Source of the DNA: an uncultured Lentisphaerota bacterium
Lineage (GTDB): Bacteria > Verrucomicrobiota > Kiritimatiellia > CAIQIC01
Length of the DNA stretch: 42,877 nucleotides
Direction: 5' to 3'
Assembly: GCA_903871765.1 (NCBI GenBank)
Contig: CAIQIC010000167.1
Coordinates: forward strand, 1 to 42,877
The translations under genes were made by a program, and so were the position numbers. This document shows, piece by piece, positions 30,209 to 39,581 of this stretch. Position 1 is the stretch's first letter. Each line of letters begins with the position of its first letter. The notes beneath the pieces are model-generated. The model was not told where the DNA came from. It did no database searches and was given only the letters and a program-made list of their open reading frames with translations.

Positions 30209-31930
30209 ATGAAGCAGCGGCGCGGCAAAAGGGAAATTGCGATTGGAACAGGAATGCTCGCGCTGGTTTGGCTGGGGCTTGTTCCGACGGACGCGCAGCT
30301 TGTCCCGGAGGCGGAGCGCCAGAGAGTTGAGGCCGCCCTCCCCGGCGCCGCCTGGGCGAAGCCGCTCAAACCGCGCAAGCTCCTCATCTTCGACCTGAAC
30401 GTGAACTATGGCGGACATGGGTCCATCCCCACGGCCAATCTCGCTTTCACCCGCATGGGGCAGAAGACCGGCGCGTTCGAGACCACGGTCAGCCGCGATC
30501 CGAAGGTGTTCGAGCGCGAGAGCCTGCGGCAGTTCGACGCTGTGTTCTTCAACAACACGGTGGGCAACTGCTTCACGAATGCGGACTTGCGGCAGAATCT
30601 GGCCGATTTTGTTTATGGCGGCGGCGGGCTGATGGGCGTTCACGGGACCACCGTGGGCTTCACGCAATGGCCCGGGGCGAAGGAGGACTGGCCGGAGTTC
30701 GGACTGATGATCGGAGCGCGCGGCGCGAATCATCGGGCCAGCGACGAGCATGTTTTCATCAAGCTCGACGACCCCGCGCATCCGCTGAACGCGCCGTTCG
30801 GCGGGCAGGGCTTCGATTACCGCAGTGAGTTCTTCCGCGTGCATGCGCCCTACTCGCGCAACCGCGTGCGCGTGCTGTTCAGCATTGACACGGAGAAAAC
30901 CGACCTCAAGCAAGGACCGGGTTATGGCGATCTGGAGCGGGCGGACAACGACTTCGCCCTGGCCTGGGTGCGAAACTATGGCCGGGGCCGGACGTTTTAT
31001 TGCACCATCGCCCACGCTCCGTCGGTTTTTTGGGACGCGAAGCTGTTGTCGTTCTATCTGGCGGCGGCGCAGTTCGTCCTGGGCGATTTGCCGGCCCCCA
31101 CGATTCCCAGCGCGCGGCTCACGCCCGCCATCCGGGCCCAGGAAAAACTCGGCTGGCGGCTGGGCATCGAAGCCTACACCTTCCACAAGTTCACTTTCTT
31201 CGAAGCCATCGAGAAGACGGCCCAACTCGGCCTGCCGTTCATGGGCGGACTCAGCTTCCAACAAGTGAGCAAGGACATTCCCAAGAACTTCGCGCCCGGG
31301 CTGAGCGATGAGGAGTTGCGGCAGATCCGCTTCAAACTCGATGCCGCGGGCGTGCGCTTGCTCACCTATTACCTTCAAGACATCCCCGGCGACGAAGCGG
31401 GCTGCCGGAAGGTGTTTGAGTTTGGCCGCAAGATCGGCATCGAGACCTTCATGGCGGAGCCGAAGTTGGAGGCGCTCGGCACCATCGAGAAGTTCTGCGA
31501 CGAATACGGCATCAACGTGGCCCTGCACAACCACGACCAGAAAGCCTCACCCGTTTACTGGAATCCCGAAGGCATCCTCAAGGCCTGCCAGGGCCGCAGC
31601 AAGCGCCTCGGCGCCTGCGCTGACTTGGGCTACTGGATGCGTTCCGGCATTGATCCCGTCAAGGCCGTGGCGATGCTCAAGGACCGCCTCATCACGGTGC
31701 ACATGCACGACCTCCATGAATTCAGCCCGCAAGGCCACGACGTGCCGTGGGGTACGGGACATGGAAGCTCGGAGCAATTCATCAAGGAAGTCCACCGGCT
31801 CGGCCTCAAGCCGACGATGTGGGGGGTGGAGTATGCCTATAACTGGCTGGAATCCATGCCGGAGATCGCGCAGTGCGTGGAGTTCTTCAACCGCGTCAGT
31901 TTACAAGTGGAGCAGGAAGCCGCGCGATGA
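30209..31930 (+). CDS. Secreted fusion of a ThuA-like domain and a xylose-isomerase-like TIM-barrel (sugar phosphate isomerase/epimerase) domain.
   Basis: The signal-like N-terminus is MKQRRGKREIAIGTGMLALVWLGLVPTDAQ. ThuA-like motifs are LLIFDLN...FDAVFFNNT...GGGGLMGVHG. The TIM-barrel-like C-terminus is LGIEAYTF...GINVALHNH...VHMHD. The track ORF begins 15 codons earlier at 30164. Confidence 0.8.
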   Translation: MKQRRGKREIAIGTGMLALVWLGLVPTDAQLVPEAERQRVEAALPGAAWAKPLKPRKLLIFDLNVNYGGHGSIPTANLAFTRMGQKTGAFETTVSRDPKVFERESLRQFDAVFFNNTVGNCFTNADLRQNLADFVYGGGGLMGVHGTTVGFTQWPGAKEDWPEFGLMIGARGANHRASDEHVFIKLDDPAHPLNAPFGGQGFDYRSEFFRVHAPYSRNRVRVLFSIDTEKTDLKQGPGYGDLERADNDFALAWVRNYGRGRTFYCTIAHAPSVFWDAKLLSFYLAAAQFVLGDLPAPTIPSARLTPAIRAQEKLGWRLGIEAYTFHKFTFFEAIEKTAQLGLPFMGGLSFQQVSKDIPKNFAPGLSDEELRQIRFKLDAAGVRLLTYYLQDIPGDEAGCRKVFEFGRKIGIETFMAEPKLEALGTIEKFCDEYGINVALHNHDQKASPVYWNPEGILKACQGRSKRLGACADLGYWMRSGIDPVKAVAMLKDRLITVHMHDLHEFSPQGHDVPWGTGHGSSEQFIKEVHRLGLKPTMWGVEYAYNWLESMPEIAQCVEFFNRVSLQVEQEAAR

Positions 31931-33339
31931 GCCCGGCCCCGACGCTGCCGCCCGCTGCTTCCGCGCGCACCAGGCGCGCCTTTCTCCGCACGGCCGCGGC
32001 CGCGGCCGGCGGCGTCACAACCTTGGGGCTCATCCCGTCCTCCGCGCGCGGGGCCGGCCCCACGGCGCCCCCCAGCGAGCGCATCACCGTCGGCCTGATC
32101 GGCCGCGGCTTGATGGGCGCGGGTCACCTCAACGTCCTGCTCGGCCGGCAGGACACGCAAGTGCTCGCCGTCTGCGACGTGGACCGCACCCGCCGCGAGG
32201 AAGGTTGCCGCATCGCCGACGAAACCTACAGCGCGGAACGCGCCGCCGGCACCTATCGCGGCTGCGCGGCGATCAACGATTACCGCGAACTCCTCGCGCG
32301 ACCCGACCTTGATGCCGTGGTCATTGTCACGCCTGATCACTGGCATGCCCTCATCGCCATCGAAGCCGCGCGGGCCGGGAAGGACGTTTATTGCGAGAAG
32401 CCGGTATCCCTGACGATCCGCGAGGGGCGCGCGTTGGCGGCGACGATCGCCCGTTACGCCCGCGTTTTCCAGACCGGCACGCAGTACCGCAGCATCCCCA
32501 CGATCCGGCAGGTGTGCGAGTTCGTGCGCGGCGGCGGGCTCGGCCAGCTGAAATCCGTTTTCACCATCTGGGCCAAGACCCCCGTCCCGACCTGCGGCGA
32601 ATCCTACGTGCCGCTGGATCCGGCGCTGCCGGGCGAAGCGACGCCGGAGGGCTTGGACTGGAACCGCTGGGTCGGGCCCGCGCGCTATCGTCCCTACAAT
32701 TCGACCTACCACCGCAACCCTCCGCCCGGCGTGGTGCCGTGGGTCTTTTGCGAGGCGTTCGGCGCGGGCGCGGTGACGAGCTACCACTCGCACGCGGCGG
32801 ACGTGATCCAATACGCCATCGGCATGGAGACGAGCGGGCCGGTGGAGATCATCCCTCCCGGTAGCGGCCAGTTTCCCACGCTGACCTGCCGCTATGCCAA
32901 CGGCGTGCTGCTGCACCACGTGGATCACTGGGACCAGGTCAAGGACCTCTACCATGCCGTACCCGCGGACGCACGACTGGCCGGGCTGTTCGGCGGCCTG
33001 TTCGTCGGCGAACGCGGCTGGATCACGTCCATGACCGGTTCCGGGCCGGTGGAGGCTGGACCCAAGGGCTTGTTGGAGGAAATGAAACTCAAGACGCGCG
33101 AAGTGGTCTCCGGCACCCACAACCATCACTCGGATTGGATCAACTGCATCCGCTCGCGCCGGCAGCCCAGTGCGCATGAGGAAATCGGCCACCGCTCGGC
33201 ATCGCTGGGGCATCTGGTGACGATCGCGTTCATGTTGGGCCGATCCTTGAAGTGGGATCCGGTGCAGGAGGAGTTTGTCGGTGACGAGGCCGCCAACCGT
33301 CTGCGCTCGCGGGCGATGCGAGCACCATGGCAGATATGA
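31927..33339 (+). CDS. Gfo/Idh/MocA-family oxidoreductase with a Tat signal.
   Basis: MSPAPTLPPAASARTRRAFLRTAAAAAGG is a twin-arginine signal. The Rossmann motif is ITVGLIGRGLMGAGH, followed by AVVIVTPDHWHA and DVYCEKP. The ATG overlaps the upstream TGA (ATGA). Confidence 0.85.
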   Translation: MSPAPTLPPAASARTRRAFLRTAAAAAGGVTTLGLIPSSARGAGPTAPPSERITVGLIGRGLMGAGHLNVLLGRQDTQVLAVCDVDRTRREEGCRIADETYSAERAAGTYRGCAAINDYRELLARPDLDAVVIVTPDHWHALIAIEAARAGKDVYCEKPVSLTIREGRALAATIARYARVFQTGTQYRSIPTIRQVCEFVRGGGLGQLKSVFTIWAKTPVPTCGESYVPLDPALPGEATPEGLDWNRWVGPARYRPYNSTYHRNPPPGVVPWVFCEAFGAGAVTSYHSHAADVIQYAIGMETSGPVEIIPPGSGQFPTLTCRYANGVLLHHVDHWDQVKDLYHAVPADARLAGLFGGLFVGERGWITSMTGSGPVEAGPKGLLEEMKLKTREVVSGTHNHHSDWINCIRSRRQPSAHEEIGHRSASLGHLVTIAFMLGRSLKWDPVQEEFVGDEAANRLRSRAMRAPWQI

Positions 33340-33477
33340 CGCCGCCCTCGCGCCCGGTCTGCTTTGCTGACGGCATGCTCCACCTGTTCAGCGGGGGTGG
33401 CGGTCCATTTTCTCCATGCCCCCGCGCCACCGCGTGATCGTTCTTGCTGTCTTCAGTCGTCGGTCTTCAGCCTGGCT

Positions 33478-33504
33478 GCGGTCTGGCGTTGACAGACCGC
33501 TTTT
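33478..33504 (+). terminator. Putative intrinsic terminator between the oxidoreductase operon and the FHA gene.
   Basis: GCGGTCTG-GCGTTGA-CAGACCGC gives an 8-bp stem and a 7-nt loop, followed by TTTT. Confidence 0.55.
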
Positions 33505-33540
33505 CCCCGGCGTAGGTTGACGCCGCAGACCGCAAAGGCG

Positions 33541-34710
33541 ATGTCTCATATGATGTTCCGGCTGGTCATACTGTCCGGCCCGCTGCAGGGCCAGCAGATT
33601 TCCGTCGGACCGCAGCCTATGACCCTGGGGCGCGATCCGGCGTGCGAACTGGCGATTCCCGACGCGGAACTGGCCAGCCGGCATGCGCTGCTCGAGCAAC
33701 GCGGTGAAGCCCTCGTCGTCCGCGATCTCGGCACCATGAACCGGTTGCTGGTCAACCGCCACGAAGTGCGCGAAGCCCGGTTGAAACACGGCGATCTGGT
33801 CGAGATCGGCCGGTCACGCCTGCTGGTGCAGGCCCTGGTGCAGGCGGAACTGGACCGCGCGCCGGGGACGTCCGCCCGGCCAGGGCGCCGGGTGGCATGG
33901 GCCTTGGTCCTGACGCTGGGCCTGCTGCTGGCGCTGTGGGCCGGCCTGAAACTGCGGAATGCCGCGCGGGCGACCCGGCCGCCGGCTGCCGAGCCCGTCC
34001 ACCAGCCGCCGCCCCTTCCCGCCGCAGCCGAGACGGCCGCTCCCAGCAATCCGCCGGCGACCAACCCGCCGGCGATGTCACCCGTGGCAGAGGATGTGCG
34101 CCGCATGCGCGTCGAACTGAATCTGATCCGGGAAGCCTTGCGCCAACTGGCCGCCTATACCCAGGCCCCGCCAACCAGCGTGACAACGCAGTCCCTCCGC
34201 ATCGTACCGTCCGAATCGCCGCCGGTACCGACGAATCAGCCGCCGCGCGCAACGCCGGCGGCGCAGCCGTCCCTGCGTCTGATCGCGCTGGAGCAGCAAC
34301 GCCTGCCGGATCGGCCGGAATTCGACGAAATGCGCCTCGTGCACATCACCCTCGCCCCCACCGCCGACCCGCCGCCGGCGGCCGACGCCATCCGCGTCCG
34401 GGTGACGTTCTATGACCGGGACGACAACACCGGTGCCATCGCGCCCACATCGGCCCTGACCTTGCCGGCCGAGCTGGTCCCGCCGTCGGACTGGAACCGC
34501 CGGGAGCCCATCACGCTTACGGCCAGTTGCTGCGTGCCGCACGGCCTGCGCGACCGCGAAGCGCAGGCCGGTCGCATAATGCGCTTTCTGGGCTACCGCG
34601 TGCAGGTGTACGCGCAGGACCGGCTGCAGGCCGAAGACGCCCGCCCCCCCAGCCTGCTGAGCCCGGAATTGCCAAGCGGCGGCAAAGATGGGAACATACC
34701 GGGGTTATGA
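33541..34710 (+). CDS. FHA-domain membrane protein: FHA domain, one TM helix, a Pro-rich linker and an uncharacterised C-terminal domain.
   Basis: FRLVILSGPLQGQQISVGPQPMTLGRDPACELAIPDAELASRHALLEQRGEALVVRDLGTMNRLLVNRHEV...GDLVEIG is FHA-like. The TM helix is VAWALVLTLGLLLALWAGL. The start is ATG at 33541 or 33550; the track gives TTG at 33517. Confidence 0.75.
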   Translation: MSHMMFRLVILSGPLQGQQISVGPQPMTLGRDPACELAIPDAELASRHALLEQRGEALVVRDLGTMNRLLVNRHEVREARLKHGDLVEIGRSRLLVQALVQAELDRAPGTSARPGRRVAWALVLTLGLLLALWAGLKLRNAARATRPPAAEPVHQPPPLPAAAETAAPSNPPATNPPAMSPVAEDVRRMRVELNLIREALRQLAAYTQAPPTSVTTQSLRIVPSESPPVPTNQPPRATPAAQPSLRLIALEQQRLPDRPEFDEMRLVHITLAPTADPPPAADAIRVRVTFYDRDDNTGAIAPTSALTLPAELVPPSDWNRREPITLTASCCVPHGLRDREAQAGRIMRFLGYRVQVYAQDRLQAEDARPPSLLSPELPSGGKDGNIPGL

Positions 34711-35495
34711 GCCGCGATAAAATCTCCGCCTGCGTGATCGCCTTCAACGAGGAGCGCAAAATCCGGCGCTGCCTCCAGAGTTTGACGTGGTGCGACGAAA
34801 TCATCGTCGTGGACAGTTTCAGCACCGATCGCACGGTCGAAATCTGCCGCGAATTCACTGATCGGGTTTATCAGCACGAATGGCTGGGCTACGTCGGCCA
34901 GCGCAACACCGTCCGCGAAATGGCCCGCCATCCCTGGATCCTGTTTCTGGATTCCGACGAGGAGGTTTCGCCCGGCTTGCGCGAGGAGATTCTCGCCGAA
35001 TTCGCACAGGGGGCCAGCACCTATGTCGGTTACGAATTCCCCCGCCAGGTTTATTACCTCGGCCGCTGGATCCGGCATGGCGAATGGTATCCCGATGTCA
35101 AACTCCGCCTCTTCCGCAGGGATTGCGGCCGCACCGAAGGCCAGGAACCGCATGACAAGGTGATCGTCAACGGTCCGATCAAGCGATTGAACAACATCAT
35201 CTGGCACTATACCTATGACGACCTGCGCGATCACATCGAGACGCTCAACCGCTTCTCGACCATCACCGCCCAGCAGAAAATCATGCAGGGCGCCCGCTTT
35301 CAATGGAGCGACCTGCTGTTCCGCCCGCCCCTGCGCTTCCTGCGCGGCTACCTCTTCCGCGCCGGCTTCCTGGATTGCGCGCACGGCTTCATCATCGCCT
35401 GCCTCAGCGCCTACGGCGCCTACATGAAATACGCCAAGTTCTGGGAACTCAGCATCCGTCAGCAGAAGCCGTTCAAGGACCTGCCGGAACAATGA
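34707..35495 (+). CDS. Family 2 glycosyltransferase, LPS-core WaaE/KdtX-like.
   Basis: MSRDKISACVIAFNEERKIRRCLQSL, IIVVDSFSTDRT and FLDSDEEVS. The ATG overlaps the FHA gene stop (ATGA). Confidence 0.85.
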   Translation: MSRDKISACVIAFNEERKIRRCLQSLTWCDEIIVVDSFSTDRTVEICREFTDRVYQHEWLGYVGQRNTVREMARHPWILFLDSDEEVSPGLREEILAEFAQGASTYVGYEFPRQVYYLGRWIRHGEWYPDVKLRLFRRDCGRTEGQEPHDKVIVNGPIKRLNNIIWHYTYDDLRDHIETLNRFSTITAQQKIMQGARFQWSDLLFRPPLRFLRGYLFRAGFLDCAHGFIIACLSAYGAYMKYAKFWELSIRQQKPFKDLPEQ

Positions 35496-37597
35496 TCGGC
35501 CGGCCGGCGCTCCGACACCAGCACGGCGGCGGCGCGATCGGCCAGCCGGAGCAGCAACGCGCCGTGTTCGAGGGCCGGCGGCGGATCATCGGTGGCAAAT
35601 TCGATCCGCCACGGCGCGCCCGGGGCGGCCGGCAGGGCAAAGGTCACCGGCGCCAGACCCGCGTTGAAGAGCAGCAAAAGGTGGTCGTCATCCATCTCCA
35701 CCCCGGTGAAAACACCGTCGCCGCGCAACAGGCAGCCCAGCGCGGACCCGTTACCCCAGTCCGGCGCGCCGCCATTGGATCCCAGCCAGCGTACGTCGGC
35801 TGCAGCGGTCGGGTCGGCGTGCGCCGGCCCGCCGTGTAAAAAGGCCTGCCGGCGCAGCGCCGGATGCGCCCGGCGGAAGGCAATCAGCCGCCGGACAAAG
35901 GCGTGCAGGTCCGCCTGTTCCCGGCGCAGCGACCAGTCCACCCAGGCGATTTCGTTGTCCTGGGCATAGGCGTTGTTGTTGCCGTGCTGGGTGCGGCCGA
36001 ATTCGTCGCCGGCCAGCAGCATGGGCACCCCCTGGGAAACCAGCAGGGTCAGCAGGAAGTTCTTCTGCTGCCGGAGGCGGAGGGCGTTGACCGCCGGATC
36101 GTGTGCCGGACCCTCAACGCCGTGGTTACAGGAGTAGTTCTGCGTCTCGCCGTCGCGGTTGCTCTCGCCGTTGGACTCGTTATGCTTCGCGTTGTAGCTG
36201 ACCAGGTCGGCCAGGGTGAAGCCGTCGTGGCAGGTGACGAAGTTGATGCTGTTGAGCGGTGTGCGATCGTTGGCGCTGAAGAGATCGGAACTGCCCGCCA
36301 GACGGGTGGCCAGGGCGCCCAACTGTCCGGGCGTGCCATGCCAGAAACGGCGGACATCGTCGCGGTACTTGCCGTTCCATTCGCACCACCGTTCGTGGGG
36401 GAAAACGCCGACCTGGTAGGCGCCGGCGGCGTCCCACGCCTCGGCTAGGATCTTGGCGTCGCGCAGCGCGGGATCCTCGGCAATCTGCTCGACAATCGGC
36501 GGGTTGGGCAGGATCCGCCCGTCGGGCCCGCGGGTGAGCACACTGGCCAGGTCGAAGCGGAAGCCGTCCACGCGCATGTGCAGCACCCAGTAGCGCAGAC
36601 AGTCCATGATGAAATTACGGACGATGGGATGGTTGCTGTTGACCGTGTTGCCACAGCCGCTGTAATTGGCATAGTCCCCGGGGCGCTCATCCATGAGGTA
36701 GTAGATGTCGTTGTCCAGGCCGCGAAAGGAGTAGGTGGGGCCGGCGGCGCTCTGCTCGGCGGTGTGGTTGAACACAACGTCCAGGATGACCTCGAGGCCG
36801 GCCTGGTGCAAGGCAAGCACCAGTTGCTTGAACTCGCGCACCTGCTGGCCGAGAACGCCGCCCTGGGCATAGCGGCCGTTGGGGGCGAAGAAGGCGACGG
36901 AACTGTAGCCCCACAAATTGCGCAGCTCCCGGCGGCCCATGTTCTCCTGGAAGAATTCCATTTCGTTGAATTCCTGGATCGGCAGCAGCTCCACCGCCGT
37001 AACGCCGAGGTCGCGGAGGTAAGGCAGCTTTTCCATGAAGGCGGCGAACGTGCCGCGGTGCCGCACGCCGGAACTGCGGTGCGCCGTGAAACCGCGCAGA
37101 TGCGCCTCGTAGATCACCGTTTCATGGAGCGGTGTGCGCAGGGTCCGGTCGCCGGACCAGTCGAACTCATCGCGGATAACCACGCCTTTGGGGAAATGCG
37201 CACCGTTTTTCGGATATTCGCCCGGCCGGAACCAGGCCGTGTCGCCCCAGCGTGGCGCGCCGGCGACCGCGAGGGCATAGGGGTCCAACAGCCATTGCTC
37301 CGGATCGAAGAAATTGCGCCGGCCGGCCGGCGCCCGGCCCTCCATGCGGTAGAGGTAAAATTGGCCGGGCCGCGCGTCGGCCACATAGACATGCCAAAGG
37401 TCGCCGATGCGGTTGCGGTCCGGCGTCAGTTCATACTCCCGGCTGGGGCGGTCGGCGTCGGGCGCGTCGAACAGCAGGAGCCATACGCGCGTGGCGTGGC
37501 GGCTGAAGACGGTGAATTGCACGCCGTCGCGCCCCACCTGCGCGCCGAGCGGCACAGGAAAAGGCACGATGGGCATCCGATGGCTGCGTGTTTTCAT
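35459..37597 (-). CDS. glgX: Glycogen debranching enzyme GlgX (GH13).
   Basis: 712-aa ORF with VIYEAHLRGFT, VELLPIQEF, WGYSSVAFFAP, VILDVVFNHTAE, GFRFDLASVL, LAEAWDA and INFVTCHDGFTLADLVSY. Confidence 0.9.
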   Translation of the reverse strand: MKTRSHRMPIVPFPVPLGAQVGRDGVQFTVFSRHATRVWLLLFDAPDADRPSREYELTPDRNRIGDLWHVYVADARPGQFYLYRMEGRAPAGRRNFFDPEQWLLDPYALAVAGAPRWGDTAWFRPGEYPKNGAHFPKGVVIRDEFDWSGDRTLRTPLHETVIYEAHLRGFTAHRSSGVRHRGTFAAFMEKLPYLRDLGVTAVELLPIQEFNEMEFFQENMGRRELRNLWGYSSVAFFAPNGRYAQGGVLGQQVREFKQLVLALHQAGLEVILDVVFNHTAEQSAAGPTYSFRGLDNDIYYLMDERPGDYANYSGCGNTVNSNHPIVRNFIMDCLRYWVLHMRVDGFRFDLASVLTRGPDGRILPNPPIVEQIAEDPALRDAKILAEAWDAAGAYQVGVFPHERWCEWNGKYRDDVRRFWHGTPGQLGALATRLAGSSDLFSANDRTPLNSINFVTCHDGFTLADLVSYNAKHNESNGESNRDGETQNYSCNHGVEGPAHDPAVNALRLRQQKNFLLTLLVSQGVPMLLAGDEFGRTQHGNNNAYAQDNEIAWVDWSLRREQADLHAFVRRLIAFRRAHPALRRQAFLHGGPAHADPTAAADVRWLGSNGGAPDWGNGSALGCLLRGDGVFTGVEMDDDHLLLLFNAGLAPVTFALPAAPGAPWRIEFATDDPPPALEHGALLLRLADRAAAVLVSERRPADHCSGRSLNGFC

Positions 37598-37944
37598 ACG
37601 TGCTGGTCTGCTCCCGCCGCACCGGCAGGCCGGCGGCCGGGAGAGCCTGCCGGTGACGCCGACGACAGCCTACCGATCTCCTGTTTGTTCAGCAAGTCTG
37701 CGGACTGTCGGATGGTCCGCGTGAGGTCGTCGTTGAGCGGATGGTGGCGCAGCACGTCGCGAATCCAGCGGGCCTGTTCCTCCGCCCGCCGCCGCGGCTC
37801 CGCCCCGCGTTGCGGATCGCGCGCGCGGCGGCGCAGTTCGCGCGCCTGATACCGGCACAGGCGGCGCAGTTGCCCATGCGTCGGCGGCACCGACAGCACC
37901 GGCGGCTGCCGGACCAGCCAGCTTCTGATTCCGGCTCCCAGCAT
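37594..37944 (-). CDS. Hypothetical small Arg-rich protein (weak call).
   Basis: 116-aa ORF whose TGA overlaps the glgX ATG (ATGA). The central part, ELRRRARDPQRGAEPRRRAEEQARWIRDVLRHHPLNDDLTRTIRQSADLL, looks helical. I recognise no family, and two other overlapping ORFs exist in this GC-rich stretch. Confidence 0.35.
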   Translation of the reverse strand: MLGAGIRSWLVRQPPVLSVPPTHGQLRRLCRYQARELRRRARDPQRGAEPRRRAEEQARWIRDVLRHHPLNDDLTRTIRQSADLLNKQEIGRLSSASPAGSPGRRPAGAAGADQHV

Positions 37945-38062
37945 GCCGGCATCCTACCTGCCTGGAGCCGGCGTGCAAGGTGAATGCGCAACGGTCAGAA
38001 AGTTAGAATTCATATGTTTGACGCATCATAACTGTTCGCCGTCGAAGGAACAGGAGCCGTTT

Positions 38063-39556
38063 TTAAGGCTGCTCCCTCTCCGGCGCCGCGCGGCCGAAAC
38101 GCAGGAACCACAGCACCCGGACTGCTTTGCGCGGGCCGGCGCGCTCATAGCCGACGAAGCCCTTGAGCAAGGCCCAATCGCGGCTTTGTGTTTCCCGGTC
38201 GTACGACCATTCGACGAGCGGAAAGAGGGCCGTGCGGCCGGCCGTGGCGCCGCGGCGCTGGTGGCGCAGCAGGCCCCAGAGCACTTCATCGTCGGCGTTT
38301 CCGCCCGCGCGCGTGTGCTGATAGATCGTCCACACGGGGGCGTATTCGCGCTCCACCGGCGCCGTGCGCCGCAGCGGCCAGAGAAAGAGCGAGCGGAAGC
38401 GCGCCTGGTCGCCAAGCCGCTCGTAGGAGCAGAGCGGCCACAGGTGCCAATAGCGGCTGACGCAGTTGGTGACGGCGGGCGTGTCCGGCGGTGCCGCCGG
38501 CGGCGGACGGGCGGCGCGCCAGGCACTCTCGCTGAACCACAGCGGGGCGAACGTGTAGCGGTGGACGGATTCGTTGGCGCGATCAATGTTCTTCCACCAG
38601 CCGAGCGGCCACAGGTAGAACCCGCTGTGGATGAACTGCTCGTTCTTATATCCCCACAGCGGCCAGAGGTAGAACTTGTCCACCTGGCCCGACGACCATT
38701 GGATGAAGGGCCACGGCATATAACCCATGCTTTGCCCGCCGCCGGCGCCATATTTGAAAAAGGGCGGCAGGATCATCCAGGCTTCCTGATTCTCGCGTTT
38801 GATGTGGCCCCACAACGGAAACACCAGGTAGCCGTAACCGCTGGCCCCGGGATGATCGTACCGCACCCAGTTGAAGATCGGCCACAGGCAGAACCGCTTG
38901 TCAAACTCGCCCCGGCGAATATTCCAGCCGTACAGCGGCCAGACGCGGAAGCGATCGTTCCGGTCGCTGTTCTCACGGCAGAACACCGGCCAGAGGACCT
39001 GGTAACTGTCTTCGTCCTTGAACCGACTGTGGCCGTAGATCGGAAACAGCACGAAATCAACTTCATCCTGTCCGAGGAAATCGTGGATGGTGCCGCCGAA
39101 GGGGAACAACGCGGCATAACTCCGGCCCTGCGCATCGCGGCCCTGAAACCAGAACGGGAACAGCCACCAGTGCCAGCGGCTCCCGGGATCGTTGCGGTCG
39201 AAGTCGGTCAGAAACGAAGTCAGGATGCGGATCGAATGGTTCTCGCGGAAATCCCAGGCGAACGAAACCGGCCAGAGAAACTCGCCGGCGCCTTTATCCT
39301 CGCTCTCGGCCGCCGCGCTGCAGAAGGGCCGCACGGCCCAGAAACGGAGTTGGCGCTGGTCAGCGCCGACTTCGAACAGCGGCCCCAACACCTTGACATG
39401 CGTGCCGCCGGCCGGATCGCTCAAACGGCTGGCCAGCGGCCCCCAGTCGAATTCGCCGGGCGGCAGCCGCAGGGCGGCCGCCCGCCCCGCCAGGCACAAC
39501 GGTAGCAGCCCGAGGGCCAGCAAGCGCGCAAAGCACAGCAGTGTTTTTCGTCTCAT
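38063..39556 (-). CDS. Secreted repeat protein with many aromatic (L/V/F)(W/F)P(L/V/I/F) motifs, uncharacterised.
   Basis: 497-aa ORF with a signal-like N-terminus, MRRKTLLCFARLLALGLLPLCLAGRAAA. It has roughly 15-20 copies, by eye, of motifs such as FLWPVSF, LFPFWF, LFPIYG, LWPVF, VWPLYGW, LWPIFNW, VFPLWGH, LWPLWGY, LWPLGWW, LWPLCSY, LWPLRR and LFPLVEW. The motifs are spaced about 15-25 aa apart. Confidence 0.75.
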   Translation of the reverse strand: MRRKTLLCFARLLALGLLPLCLAGRAAALRLPPGEFDWGPLASRLSDPAGGTHVKVLGPLFEVGADQRQLRFWAVRPFCSAAAESEDKGAGEFLWPVSFAWDFRENHSIRILTSFLTDFDRNDPGSRWHWWLFPFWFQGRDAQGRSYAALFPFGGTIHDFLGQDEVDFVLFPIYGHSRFKDEDSYQVLWPVFCRENSDRNDRFRVWPLYGWNIRRGEFDKRFCLWPIFNWVRYDHPGASGYGYLVFPLWGHIKRENQEAWMILPPFFKYGAGGGQSMGYMPWPFIQWSSGQVDKFYLWPLWGYKNEQFIHSGFYLWPLGWWKNIDRANESVHRYTFAPLWFSESAWRAARPPPAAPPDTPAVTNCVSRYWHLWPLCSYERLGDQARFRSLFLWPLRRTAPVEREYAPVWTIYQHTRAGGNADDEVLWGLLRHQRRGATAGRTALFPLVEWSYDRETQSRDWALLKGFVGYERAGPRKAVRVLWFLRFGRAAPEREQP

Positions 39557-39581
39557 GCGATATCAACTTCAAAAAGACAGG

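Noticed and set aside
30110-33213. 474-aa (30110-31534) and 458-aa (31837-33213) minus-strand ORFs.
   Set aside because: They lie antisense to the ThuA/TIM-barrel and Gfo/Idh/MocA genes, both of which have clear family motifs and signal peptides.
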